NCBI GenBank assembly: GCA_046757405.1
Contig: JBHHYE010000019.1
Coordinates: forward strand, 103-64,102
Direction: 5' to 3'
Length of the DNA stretch: 64,000 bases
DNA from: Acidobacteriota bacterium
GTDB lineage: Bacteria; Acidobacteriota; Polarisedimenticolia; SMYD01
Shown: positions 28,031 to 36,955 of the stretch, piece by piece
Position numbering within the stretch: position 1 is the first letter of the stretch
Layout of the letters: each line of letters begins with the position of its first letter
The notes under the pieces: generated by a model
What the model was told of the DNA's origin: nothing
Seen by the model: only the letters and a program-made list of their open reading frames with translations
Database searches by the model: none
Translations under genes and position numbers: made by a program

Positions 28031-28843
28031 ATGGAACGTTCTCCGGTGGTGGCGGGGCACTTCTATCCTGCTCAACCCGATGCGTTGCGAGCGCTGGTCG
28101 ATGAATACATGCGGGGAGACCCTGGCCAGGAGGCTGCGAAGGCTGTGGCGCTGGTGGTCCCACACGCCGGATACGTTTACTCGGGCCGCACCGCGGGCAA
28201 GACCTACGGATCCGTCCAGGTGCCCGGGCGGGTCGTGCTCCTGGGCCCCAACCACACGGGCCGCGGCCGGCCGGCCGCTCTCTGGGCGAAGGGAGGATGG
28301 CGGACCCCCCTGGGCCGGGTTCCCGTGGACGAACGGTTCGCGGCCGCGCTGCTCGGGAAAACACCGGGGCTGGAAACGGACCAGAGGGCGCACCTCGAGG
28401 AGCACTCCCTCGAGGTCCAGTTGCCGTTCCTGCAGAGGCGCGCTCCCGGTCTGCGGATCGTTCCGATCTGTCTGGCCGACCTCGGCCTGGAGAGGCTGGT
28501 CGCTCTCGGCGAGAGCCTGGGGGCCGTGATTCAGGCGCATGCGCCGGGAGAAACGCTGGTGGTGATTTCCAGCGACATGACCCACTACGAATCGCGGGAG
28601 GCGGCGAGACAAAAGGATCGCCTGGCCCTGGAACGGATGGAGGCGCTGGACGGGCCCGGTCTCTACGCCACGGTCCGGGAGAACTCCATCAGCATGTGCG
28701 GGGTGGTCCCGGCCGTGGTGGGTTGCATTGCCGCCGTCAGGCTGGGAGCGGTCCGCGGCCGGCTCTGCGACTATTCTTGCTCGGGAGATGTGACGGGTGA
28801 TGTTCGACAGGTCGTGGCTTACGCTGGACTGACCTGCACATGA
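28031..28843 (+). CDS. AmmeMemoRadiSam system protein B (MEMO1 family)
   Basis: VVAGHFYPAQPDAL...VVPHAGYVYSG...LLGPNHTG...SSDMTHYE; GGAGG SD 7 nt upstream. Confidence 0.8.
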   Translation: MERSPVVAGHFYPAQPDALRALVDEYMRGDPGQEAAKAVALVVPHAGYVYSGRTAGKTYGSVQVPGRVVLLGPNHTGRGRPAALWAKGGWRTPLGRVPVDERFAAALLGKTPGLETDQRAHLEEHSLEVQLPFLQRRAPGLRIVPICLADLGLERLVALGESLGAVIQAHAPGETLVVISSDMTHYESREAARQKDRLALERMEALDGPGLYATVRENSISMCGVVPAVVGCIAAVRLGAVRGRLCDYSCSGDVTGDVRQVVAYAGLTCT

Positions 28844-31302
28844 TCAAGGCGCTGGTTCTCGCCAACTGCCTTTTCCTGGCCACGTTCGCTCTCTCGGCGG
28901 CCGCCCCCCCGCCGCCTGCCTCGTCCCCGTCCCCCTTTCCGGGACAAGGGGACTTCGATGCGCAGGCCGATCGATTCCAGGCGCTTTCCCCCGATCAGTG
29001 GCTCCTGGAGGGGAACGTCACCTTCCGGTCTGCCGGCGTCTTGCTCCAGGCGGATCGGGTGACTTACGACCGGTCCACCGGCCGGGGAGAGGCCACGGGG
29101 AATGTGCTGTATGTGCAGGGAACGGGCCGGATCGCCGGGGACCGCCTGAGCTTCGATTTGAAGGCACGGACGGCCGAGATCTTCAATGCCACGGGATTTC
29201 TGGATCAGGGATTCCTGTTCAGGGCCCGCAAGGTCATGCAGATCGACAATGACCATATCCGCTTCGAGAAGGGTCACTTCACCGCCTGCACCCAGCCGGT
29301 CCCGTACTGGTCGTTTCATGTGCACAGCGGGCTGGTGATTCGCAACCGCTACGTGCACCTGTATAACCTTTCCCTCCGCGCCGGCCGGGTTCCGGTCTTT
29401 TACTCGCCCTACCTGGTCTTTCCCATCAAATCGGAGCGGGCCACAGGCCTGCTTCTGCCGCAGATCGGCTTCTCACAGCGCCTGGGAAGCTCCCTGGGGA
29501 ACGCCTTCTTCTGGGACATCCGCCGGAATCAGGATGCGACCTTCTTCCTGGATGCCTTCAACCAGGGGAGCCTCGGGCGTGGAGTGGAGTATCGGCTGGT
29601 GCCCAACCAGAAGGGAGCGGCCATCTTCAATGCTTACCTGCTCGAGGAAGATGGCCTCGCTCCCACAGAGCTCCCCGAGCGCCGGCGATGGAGCGTGCGC
29701 TTCAAGGAGCGTCAGGATTTTCGCCCGGGCGAGCGTCTGCTGGCCGATTTCAACTTTGTTTCCGACGCGGATTACTATCTCGACTTCAGCCGCGACCCGG
29801 ATCGGGGATCGGATCCCTCGGCGTTCTCCCGCCTGGAGTACGTTCTCAACCGGGGCTACACGTCTCTGAACGTGAGATCCGAGCGGCGGGAGCAGTTCTT
29901 CGCGGACGACTCGGTGATCCAGTCGCGCATCCCGGAAGCCGAGGTGCGCATTCGCAGCCGGCGGCTGGGGAAGAGCCCCTTCTTTCTGGCCCTGGAGAGT
30001 TCTGGCAGCCTCCTGGACAAGTCGCTTCCGGACACTCCCTCCCAGACCTATGGGCGGTTCGACATTTTCCCCACCCTCTCCCTGCCGCTCTCTCCCCTTC
30101 CGTACCTGGATATCACGCCCACGCTGCGCTTGCGGGAAACCTATTACACCCAGTCCCTGGCCCCCGGTTCCTCCGTCCTCCTGGATCCCAACCAGCCGCC
30201 GAGCCTGGCCCCCGGCCAGCCAGCTCTTCTCGATGCCGGCCTGAGCCGCGAGTTCCTGCAGTTCGATCTGCAAGTCCTGGGCCCGCGCCTGTCCCGCATC
30301 TCCATGGACGAGGAAGGAGTCGGGCGGTACAAGTCGACCCTCGAGCCGCGCGTCACCTACCGGTACCACACCTCGCCCCAGTCGGATGAAAACCTCCGTG
30401 TCCCGAGGTTCGACGAGATCGACATCATTCCCTCGGAGGTCAATGAGTTCCGGTATGGAGTGGTCTCCCGGCTCTTTGCCCGCAAGAAAGTTCACACGCC
30501 CCTGGCGCCGGGGGAGAACGGCCGGGACCGGGAGGAGTCCGGGGACATTCCGCCGCCAGGGACGCCTTCCACGACCCTCACGCCGGGGGGGCAGGGGGCC
30601 GGAACGGCCATGCACCGGCTGGAGGTCGGCGGCCTCCCGGGTCAAACGGTGAACGCCGGGAACAGCTTCACCACCCTGCCCGCACAGCCTCCGGCCACCG
30701 AAAGCCTGACCAGCCCCGTGGAAATCGCCTCCTTTTCCATCAGTCAGCGCTTCTCGTTCATGTCGCCGCTGTCGTTCGATCGGGAAGCCCGGGACACCGA
30801 CGGCGACGGCCAGGTGGATTCCCTGATCACCGTGGACGACAGCCGGTTTTCCCCCATCACGTTCGCCTCGCGGATCAACCCGTCGGCGGGAACCAGCGTC
30901 AACGCACAAATGAGTTATGATATTCTGGAACAGGCGGTTTCCAGCGCCAGTGTCAGCGCCGGCCTGAACGATCCCCGGCGCGGTTTCCTGAATACCACCT
31001 GGTTTTTCCGCAACGGGCTGGATGGCCTCAGCCTGAATTCCTCGCAGTTGAGAGTTTCCGGCGGGTCGAGTTTTTTCCGCCGCAAGATCTCGACCTCTGT
31101 CTCCCTCAATTACGACGCCACACTCTCCAAGCTGCAGGACCAGCGCTATCGTTTCGGCTACGACACCCAATGCTGCGGTTTCGCGGTCGAACTCCTGCAG
31201 CGCAACTTCGAGGGCACCGAACAAAGAGAGTTCCGTTTCCTGGTGAACCTGCGCGGGATCGGAAATTTCCTGGATCTCCAGGGTGGCGGCTCCGCGCGAT
31301 GA
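28840..31302 (+). CDS. lptD: LPS-assembly protein LptD
   Basis: Signal peptide; N-terminal OstA/LptA-like fold (GNVTFRSAGVLLQADRVTYDRSTGRGEATGNV), C-terminal large beta-barrel; ATGA overlap with the upstream gene. Confidence 0.85.
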   Translation: MIKALVLANCLFLATFALSAAAPPPPASSPSPFPGQGDFDAQADRFQALSPDQWLLEGNVTFRSAGVLLQADRVTYDRSTGRGEATGNVLYVQGTGRIAGDRLSFDLKARTAEIFNATGFLDQGFLFRARKVMQIDNDHIRFEKGHFTACTQPVPYWSFHVHSGLVIRNRYVHLYNLSLRAGRVPVFYSPYLVFPIKSERATGLLLPQIGFSQRLGSSLGNAFFWDIRRNQDATFFLDAFNQGSLGRGVEYRLVPNQKGAAIFNAYLLEEDGLAPTELPERRRWSVRFKERQDFRPGERLLADFNFVSDADYYLDFSRDPDRGSDPSAFSRLEYVLNRGYTSLNVRSERREQFFADDSVIQSRIPEAEVRIRSRRLGKSPFFLALESSGSLLDKSLPDTPSQTYGRFDIFPTLSLPLSPLPYLDITPTLRLRETYYTQSLAPGSSVLLDPNQPPSLAPGQPALLDAGLSREFLQFDLQVLGPRLSRISMDEEGVGRYKSTLEPRVTYRYHTSPQSDENLRVPRFDEIDIIPSEVNEFRYGVVSRLFARKKVHTPLAPGENGRDREESGDIPPPGTPSTTLTPGGQGAGTAMHRLEVGGLPGQTVNAGNSFTTLPAQPPATESLTSPVEIASFSISQRFSFMSPLSFDREARDTDGDGQVDSLITVDDSRFSPITFASRINPSAGTSVNAQMSYDILEQAVSSASVSAGLNDPRRGFLNTTWFFRNGLDGLSLNSSQLRVSGGSSFFRRKISTSVSLNYDATLSKLQDQRYRFGYDTQCCGFAVELLQRNFEGTEQREFRFLVNLRGIGNFLDLQGGGSAR

Positions 31303-32195
31303 GCCGGACGCCGGGATCCAAGGAGGTCGCCGGCCTCCGCCCGGTCGTGCTGGGAAGCGACGGCCGGGCGGGAAGGGTGATTTCCCGCCTGCTCTCCGAC
31401 GCGATCCCGCAGACCGTGGCGGCCACGCGGACCGAGCTGGACATCCTGGACTACTTCAACCTGCGGTGGGAGTGTGAGCGGCTGCAGGCGAACCTGCTGG
31501 TCAACGCTGCGGGATGGGCCGATGTGGATGGGTGCGAGGCCGATCCCGGCCGGGCTTTCCGGGTCAATGCCGAGGGCGCGGGCCATGTGGCCCGGGTGGG
31601 GCAGGCGGTGGGCGCCCGGGTGGTGCACCTGTCCACGGATTACGTGTTCGCAGGGACCAAGGGGGAGCCGTATGTGGAGACCGATTCACCGGCTCCCCTC
31701 TCGGTGTATGGCAAGAGCAAGCTGGCGGGCGAAAGAGCGGTCCGGGAAGCTCAGCCCGAGGCTTTGGTGGTGAGAACGGCCTGGCTCTTCGGGGGCACCG
31801 GTGCGCGTCCCGATTTCATCGAGAAGATCCTGAAAGCAGCCGCGGCGTCCCCCCGCATTCCCGTGGTCCGGGATCAGGTCGGCTCTCCCACAGGCGTCCA
31901 GGACCTGGCCCGCGGACTGCTGAAGCTCATCCTGGTAGGTGCGACGGGAACGGTTCACCTGGTCTGTCGCGGCGGGACCGATCGGGCCACCTTCGCCCGG
32001 CAGATTCTCCAGGGGGCGGGGCGCGGAGATGTGCGGGTGATACCGGTCTCATCCGGCGCCGTCCCTGGAGGCGCGCCCCGTCCTGCCGACACGCGCCTGG
32101 ACACGGGCCGCTTCCAGGCGATCACCGGTTCCCCTCCCCGCACCTGGCAGGAGGCTCTCCGGGAATCCTGGCCGCCCAGAGAATGGACCGGCTGA
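31299..32195 (+). CDS. rfbD: dTDP-4-dehydrorhamnose reductase
   Basis: VLGSDGRAGRV...LVNAAGWADVDGCEADPGRAFRVNAEGAGHVA...HLSTDYVF...YGKSKLAGE (YxxxK). Confidence 0.85.
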   Translation: MSRTPGSKEVAGLRPVVLGSDGRAGRVISRLLSDAIPQTVAATRTELDILDYFNLRWECERLQANLLVNAAGWADVDGCEADPGRAFRVNAEGAGHVARVGQAVGARVVHLSTDYVFAGTKGEPYVETDSPAPLSVYGKSKLAGERAVREAQPEALVVRTAWLFGGTGARPDFIEKILKAAAASPRIPVVRDQVGSPTGVQDLARGLLKLILVGATGTVHLVCRGGTDRATFARQILQGAGRGDVRVIPVSSGAVPGGAPRPADTRLDTGRFQAITGSPPRTWQEALRESWPPREWTG

Positions 32196-33091
32196 TGCTC
32201 CGGTGGGGCGCCGGCCTGCCGGTTCTCCTGGCGTTGTCGGCTTGTGCCGGTGGGACGGGCGACCGGCCGGAGGCGGTCCGGGAGGTGGTGGAACGGGCGG
32301 CGGCTGCCCGGGACGCTGGAGATTTCGAGGCTTTCGTCCGGTGCTTCGCTGGCCCCAGGGCGGGCCGCTACCGCGAGGAACTGCAGACCGTCCATGCCGG
32401 CGATCCCCGGGCTTTCTTTGCCAACCGGCGTTCCATGGTGGTGACCGGTCCGGTGGAGTTGCGCCGGCGATCGTTCGCCACGGTGCGTATCTTCGTGATC
32501 GAGGGCACCGGTTTCAAGCCGTATCAGCAGGTGGCCGTGGTGTTTCAGGACGGCCAGTGGCTCATCGACTCGCCGGTTCCCGGCGAGAAGGAGTCGCCCC
32601 GTATTGCCCGCGCCGATCCGGCGGCCGTTGTCCGTCTGCTGGAGCAAGCCGCCGCGGCGGATCGGGCGGCCGGCGGAGACGGGGTGTTTCGACGCGTTCA
32701 GATCCTGCGCGCGCAGCAGGTTGTTCAAGCCCGGCGTCTCGAGGCGGCGGTGCCGGCCCTGGTGAATCTTCTCGGAGGCGATCCGGATGCTGGCATCCGC
32801 CAGTTCTCGGCGTTGATTCTCGGCCAGCTCGGGTCGCCTGAAGCGGTGTCGGCCCTCCTGGAGGCCCTGGGCGACCCGGACCTCCGGGTCCGGGGAGATG
32901 CGGCGCGTGCCCTGGGCCGTCTGGACCGGGGCAGGGCCAGGGAACGGCTGATCGATCTGAGCCGCTCCGACCCATCTCCCTGGGTGCGGACTCAGGCAGA
33001 GCGGGCGCTCCGTGGCGCGGCGGGAGCGCGTGAAGAGGATCCGCCTACCCGGCCACCGGCATCAGCGCCAGCACCACCGCCAGATCGGTGA
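32195..33091 (+). CDS. HEAT-repeat (PBS-lyase-like) lipoprotein
   Basis: Lipobox LALSAC; C-terminal HEAT-like units (DPDAGIRQFSALILGQLGSPEAVSALLEALGDPDLRVRGDAARALGRL); TGATG overlap with rfbD. Confidence 0.65.
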   Translation: MLRWGAGLPVLLALSACAGGTGDRPEAVREVVERAAAARDAGDFEAFVRCFAGPRAGRYREELQTVHAGDPRAFFANRRSMVVTGPVELRRRSFATVRIFVIEGTGFKPYQQVAVVFQDGQWLIDSPVPGEKESPRIARADPAAVVRLLEQAAAADRAAGGDGVFRRVQILRAQQVVQARRLEAAVPALVNLLGGDPDAGIRQFSALILGQLGSPEAVSALLEALGDPDLRVRGDAARALGRLDRGRARERLIDLSRSDPSPWVRTQAERALRGAAGAREEDPPTRPPASAPAPPPDR

Positions 33092-34013
33092 TGGCCCAGG
33101 CCTGGAGCGCCCGGTACATCTCTCTCTTGCCGCAGTCTTGCCCGCCCCTTCTCATCTGGGGCACCAGAATGCGGAACCAAAGGAGGCCTGGGATCAGCAG
33201 CAACGCCGGGCGCCAGCCGGCGCCGTCGGTCCGCGCCAGGCGGGCTGCCAGAGCCAGGCAGAGGAAGGCGATGCCGGCGGCGACCAGGGCCAGCCGGAGA
33301 GTGAGACGGCGGCCCAGCCGGACGGCGAGGGTCCGAATGCCCTGGCGGGCGTCCGCGTCGATCTGGTAGATCTGCGTCAGGGGATAGAGAGCGCCGAAGA
33401 GAAACCCCAGCCCCAGGCTGGCCCAGGCCAGGGAGCTGGACCACGGACGCCCTGTCGCGGCCCAGCCAGCCAGAAAGGTGCCGGCGCCGTACCCCAGGCA
33501 GTTGACCAGCAGGTCAAGGCCGGCGCGCGCCTTGAGCCGTACGGGAGGCAGGGAGTAGAGCAGCGAGAGGACGAAGCACGCCGCATACACCGGCGGAAAG
33601 CGGGGCCCGATCCAGCCGAGCCGGCCCAGTCCGAGGCTGGCCAGCAGACCGGCGGCCATCAGTCCGATTCCGGCTCCCGCCAGTCCAGCAGGAGGGGGTG
33701 GGGGCGCGTCGAGATAGCCGACGTCGCCGTCGTCCTGATCCACCGCGCCGTTCAGGGCGAGGGTGCCTCCGTTGAGGCAGATGGCCCAGAGGAGACCGGC
33801 TCCCGCCAGGCGGAGGCTCCACACGAGCCCTTCACCTGCGGGAGGTCCTGTGGCCACCAGGAAGCCGGCTGCCAGGTGGCCCGCCACGACCGGCCAGGAG
33901 CGCGGCCGCGTGTGGAGCAGAGCGGCCAGGAAGGGCCGCGCCGGCCGCCGCCGGGGCGCTGGCTCAGCCCTGGTGGGGAGTGGGAGCACCGAGTCCCTTG
34001 CCGGCCGGAACAC
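33045..34013 (-). CDS. UbiA-family aromatic prenyltransferase (candidate menaquinone-pathway prenyltransferase)
   Basis: NGAVDQDDGD first Asp-rich motif, 8-9 predicted TM helices, second motif region YQIDADARQG. Confidence 0.75.
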   Translation of the reverse strand: MFRPARDSVLPLPTRAEPAPRRRPARPFLAALLHTRPRSWPVVAGHLAAGFLVATGPPAGEGLVWSLRLAGAGLLWAICLNGGTLALNGAVDQDDGDVGYLDAPPPPPAGLAGAGIGLMAAGLLASLGLGRLGWIGPRFPPVYAACFVLSLLYSLPPVRLKARAGLDLLVNCLGYGAGTFLAGWAATGRPWSSSLAWASLGLGFLFGALYPLTQIYQIDADARQGIRTLAVRLGRRLTLRLALVAAGIAFLCLALAARLARTDGAGWRPALLLIPGLLWFRILVPQMRRGGQDCGKREMYRALQAWAITDLAVVLALMPVAG

Positions 34014-34884
34014 CCGGCAGGCGGATGCGCCGGCTGAGCCTGGCGCCGGGCACAGGGGGTCTGGCCGGGGCGGCCTGCACCTGTCCCGCCATCCTGGCGG
34101 GACCCAGAAAGTAGGACATGGCCTCTCTCAGTCCACCCATGTCCACCAGGTTGTCGTGGCAGGATTCCTCGGGAAGATGGAGGGGGAGAGCGAAGGCCGG
34201 TAGTTCGGGAACCCGAGTGATCCCCTTGACCAGGCGGTCGTCGCAGGCCACGGCGAGAGTCAGGTCCGGCCCCAGGGCACGGGCCTGGCTGTAAGCCTCG
34301 GCGGATCGCACGGCGATGCCCGTGGGGAGGCGGCTGCGATCCGAGAGGCCGAGGATGCCTTCCATCTGACACAGGTCACAGTCCGTGCATCGAGAGAGAT
34401 CCTTGACGACCTTCTTCGGGCACCGGCTGTAAACAACGCAGTGTGGCAGGAGAATCAGAATGTTCTCCGGTTTCCGGCGGCGGTAGAGAGAGCGGACGGC
34501 GGCGTTGTTGGCGCGCACGTAGGAGCGCAAGACAGGGTCGGTCTTGTCGCCCACGATCCGCACGGCCCGGAGCAGGATCCGCAGGAAGACGCGATCGCAC
34601 AGCATGGCGTACGATCGAATCCACAAGCGCGGCGCCCACCTTGAAAAGGGGAGCAGGATTCCGGTCAGGTAAGCAGCGGCGGCCAGCGCCAGAGCGCCTG
34701 CCGCGCCGCCCAAGATCGCGCACCCGAACCCGGACGGGCGGGAGAAGAAGATGAAGAAAAGGCCGGCCAGCCCGGCGCCGGCCAGGAGAAGACTTCCTCC
34801 GACGCGCACCCAGTGATAGGCCCCCCACCCACCCGTGTCGGCGAGGAAGCTCCCCGTCTGTCCCGCCGCCGGGAGAACGCGCAT
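33964..34884 (-). CDS. DUF116 domain protein (Cys-rich, putative metal-binding membrane protein)
   Basis: N-terminal TM segments plus ILILLPHCVVYSRCPKK...CTDCDLCQ motif characteristic of DUF116; overlaps both flanking genes. Confidence 0.65.
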   Translation of the reverse strand: MRVLPAAGQTGSFLADTGGWGAYHWVRVGGSLLLAGAGLAGLFFIFFSRPSGFGCAILGGAAGALALAAAAYLTGILLPFSRWAPRLWIRSYAMLCDRVFLRILLRAVRIVGDKTDPVLRSYVRANNAAVRSLYRRRKPENILILLPHCVVYSRCPKKVVKDLSRCTDCDLCQMEGILGLSDRSRLPTGIAVRSAEAYSQARALGPDLTLAVACDDRLVKGITRVPELPAFALPLHLPEESCHDNLVDMGGLREAMSYFLGPARMAGQVQAAPARPPVPGARLSRRIRLPGVPAGKGLGAPTPHQG

Positions 34885-36053
34885 CAGGCCGGTACGGCGC
34901 GCGGGGCGCCTGGTGCGGCGACGGGATTGAAGAGGGTGTCGCGTTCCACCGGATCACGGCCGGCCTGGCGGATCAGGCGGACAAGCAAGGCCACCGGCAA
35001 ATGCATGGGTGTGGTGGCTCCGGCGTCGTGAACGATCTCTTCTTCGTCGACGGTGCCGTCGAAATCGTCGGCGCCGAAGTGCATGGCCGTTTGGGTGAGC
35101 CGGGGCGTGATCATGACCCAGTACGCCTTGATATGGTCGAAATTGTCGAGCATCAGCCGGGCGACGGCGATGTTGCGCAGATCCTGGTCGCCGGTGGTCT
35201 CGGGCAGGTGGTCCAGTTGCGTGTTGGCCGGATGGAAGGCCAGGGGAATGAAGGTGACAAAACCACCGGTCTCGTCCTGGAGCTCCCGCAAGCGAACCAG
35301 GTGATCGACCCGCTCCGCCGGCGTCTCCACATGACCGTAGAGCATGGTGGCATTGGTTTTGACCCCGCACCGGTGGGTGGTGCGTGCGGTCCGCAGCCAT
35401 GCATCCCCGCCGATCTTGCCCTTGTAGATCTCCTGATGAACCCGCTCCGAAAACAGTTCGGCTCCGCCCCCCGGGCAGGAACCCAGCCCGGCCTCCTTGA
35501 GCTCCTGGAGCACCTCGGGAAGCGGTTTCTTGGCCACCTGCCGGGCAAGATAGTCCAGTTCGACCATGGTGAAAGCCTTCAGATGGATGTCCGGGCGGAG
35601 CGCCTTGATCCGCCGGAGCATCTCCGGATAGTAGGACCAGGGAAGGAGAGGGGTGAGACCACCCACGATGTGGATCTCGGTGATCCGGCGGTGCAGGTTC
35701 TTCCGGACCCGGGCCTCGACCTCCTCGAGACTGAGAAGGTAGGCGTCCGGAGCTCCGCGAGCCCGGCCGAAGGCGCAGAAGCGGCAACCACCGACGCAGA
35801 TGTTGGTATGGTTGATGTGCTGGTTGACCACGTAGAAGGCCTGGTTCCCGTGGCGGCGTTCCCGCACCATGTTTGCCAGCGCTCCCAGGACGAGAAGATC
35901 CCGGCAATGGTACAGGGCCAGCCCGTCGTCGAAGGAGAGGCGCTCTCCGGCGGCAACCTTGCGGGCGATTTCTTCCAGGCCGGCGCGCCGGCAGGCTCTC
36001 TCGAGGATCGGACTCACCTGCACCAGGATCGGTCTCCTCAATCCGGATCGCAT
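34884..36053 (-). CDS. radical SAM menaquinone biosynthesis enzyme of the futalosine pathway (MqnC/MqnE family)
   Basis: NICVGGCRFCAF radical-SAM cluster motif of the CofH/MqnC/MqnE family, IVGGLTP, FIPLAFHPANTQL. Confidence 0.8.
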   Translation of the reverse strand: MRSGLRRPILVQVSPILERACRRAGLEEIARKVAAGERLSFDDGLALYHCRDLLVLGALANMVRERRHGNQAFYVVNQHINHTNICVGGCRFCAFGRARGAPDAYLLSLEEVEARVRKNLHRRITEIHIVGGLTPLLPWSYYPEMLRRIKALRPDIHLKAFTMVELDYLARQVAKKPLPEVLQELKEAGLGSCPGGGAELFSERVHQEIYKGKIGGDAWLRTARTTHRCGVKTNATMLYGHVETPAERVDHLVRLRELQDETGGFVTFIPLAFHPANTQLDHLPETTGDQDLRNIAVARLMLDNFDHIKAYWVMITPRLTQTAMHFGADDFDGTVDEEEIVHDAGATTPMHLPVALLVRLIRQAGRDPVERDTLFNPVAAPGAPRAVPA

Positions 36054-36955
36054 TGTACCGGATCCTCGCTTCTGATCGTCCCGCCGGGACGGCGCGCTTC
36101 CAGCGCGGCCTGGCCGGCGTCGGAGAGCCGCTCGGCGCCGAGGCGCGCATGGCGCTGGCGGTCGCCGTGAAAATCGGACCCGGCGGCGGGGGTCAGGTCC
36201 AGGCGGCGGGCCAGGGCGCGGTAATGGCGGCGCTGGCGCGGATCATGGGACGGATGATCCACCTCGATGGCGTCCAGGCCTTGCGCAGCCAGTCTCAGGA
36301 CGATGGCGTCGGGCACCTGAAGCCCGGGATGGGCGATGCCGCTGACGCCGCCCGAGCCGCGGATCAGTTCGATGGCCCGGCTCGCAGGCAGGCGATCCAG
36401 CCGAATGAAACCGGGCCGCCCCGGGTTCAGCCAGCGTTGGAACGCGTCCTGAACCGACCGGGCCCGGCCGGCGGCGACCAGGGCGGCCGCCAGGTGCGGA
36501 CGTCCGGTCACCGGCCCGTCGTTCCGCTCCAGCACCTCTTCCTCATCCAGTGGGATTCCCTGCTCTTGGAGCGCCTGAATCATGGCGTGGAGCCGCCTCC
36601 GGCGCGCCTCCGCCAGGCGGAAGAGAGCCCTGCGCAGAGGAACGGAGTGGGCATCCACGAACCAGCCCAGGAGGTGCAGATCGTGCTGCTGGCAGCGGCA
36701 CGAGAGCTCCACACCGGGCACCAGCCGCAGGCCCTTTCCGCGGGCCGCGCGGGCCGCCTCATCGAGCCCGCCCAGGCCGTCGTGGTCCGTGAGGGCGAAA
36801 CCACGGAGGTTTGCCGCGGCGGCCAGGTCCGCCAGCCGGGCCGGGGAGTACCGGCCATCGGAGAAGCGGGAGTGGACATGCAGGTCGATGCCGGTGCGGA
36901 GGGGGCTTCCGTCCGTGCCGTGCCGGGCGCTCAGCGCGCGCGGCCCGTGGCACAC
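36038..36955 (-). CDS. PHP-domain phosphoesterase (TrpH/YciV-like)
   Basis: GIDLHVHSRFSDGRYSPARLADLA...GFALTDHD...AHPG; PHP metal-binding His/Asp motifs. Confidence 0.75.
   Translation of the reverse strand: MCHGPRALSARHGTDGSPLRTGIDLHVHSRFSDGRYSPARLADLAAAANLRGFALTDHDGLGGLDEAARAARGKGLRLVPGVELSCRCQQHDLHLLGWFVDAHSVPLRRALFRLAEARRRRLHAMIQALQEQGIPLDEEEVLERNDGPVTGRPHLAAALVAAGRARSVQDAFQRWLNPGRPGFIRLDRLPASRAIELIRGSGGVSGIAHPGLQVPDAIVLRLAAQGLDAIEVDHPSHDPRQRRHYRALARRLDLTPAAGSDFHGDRQRHARLGAERLSDAGQAALEARRPGGTIRSEDPVQCDPD

Noticed and set aside
29473-31224. 583-aa minus-strand ORF
   Set aside because: It is antisense to lptD, which has the OstA N-terminal domain and a barrel. It has no motifs.
34954-36150. 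398-aa ORF in a second frame on the same strand as the radical-SAM mqn gene
   Set aside because: The 34884-36053 frame contains the CxxxCxFCAF cluster and Mqn family motifs. The alternative frame is Arg/Pro/Gly-rich.
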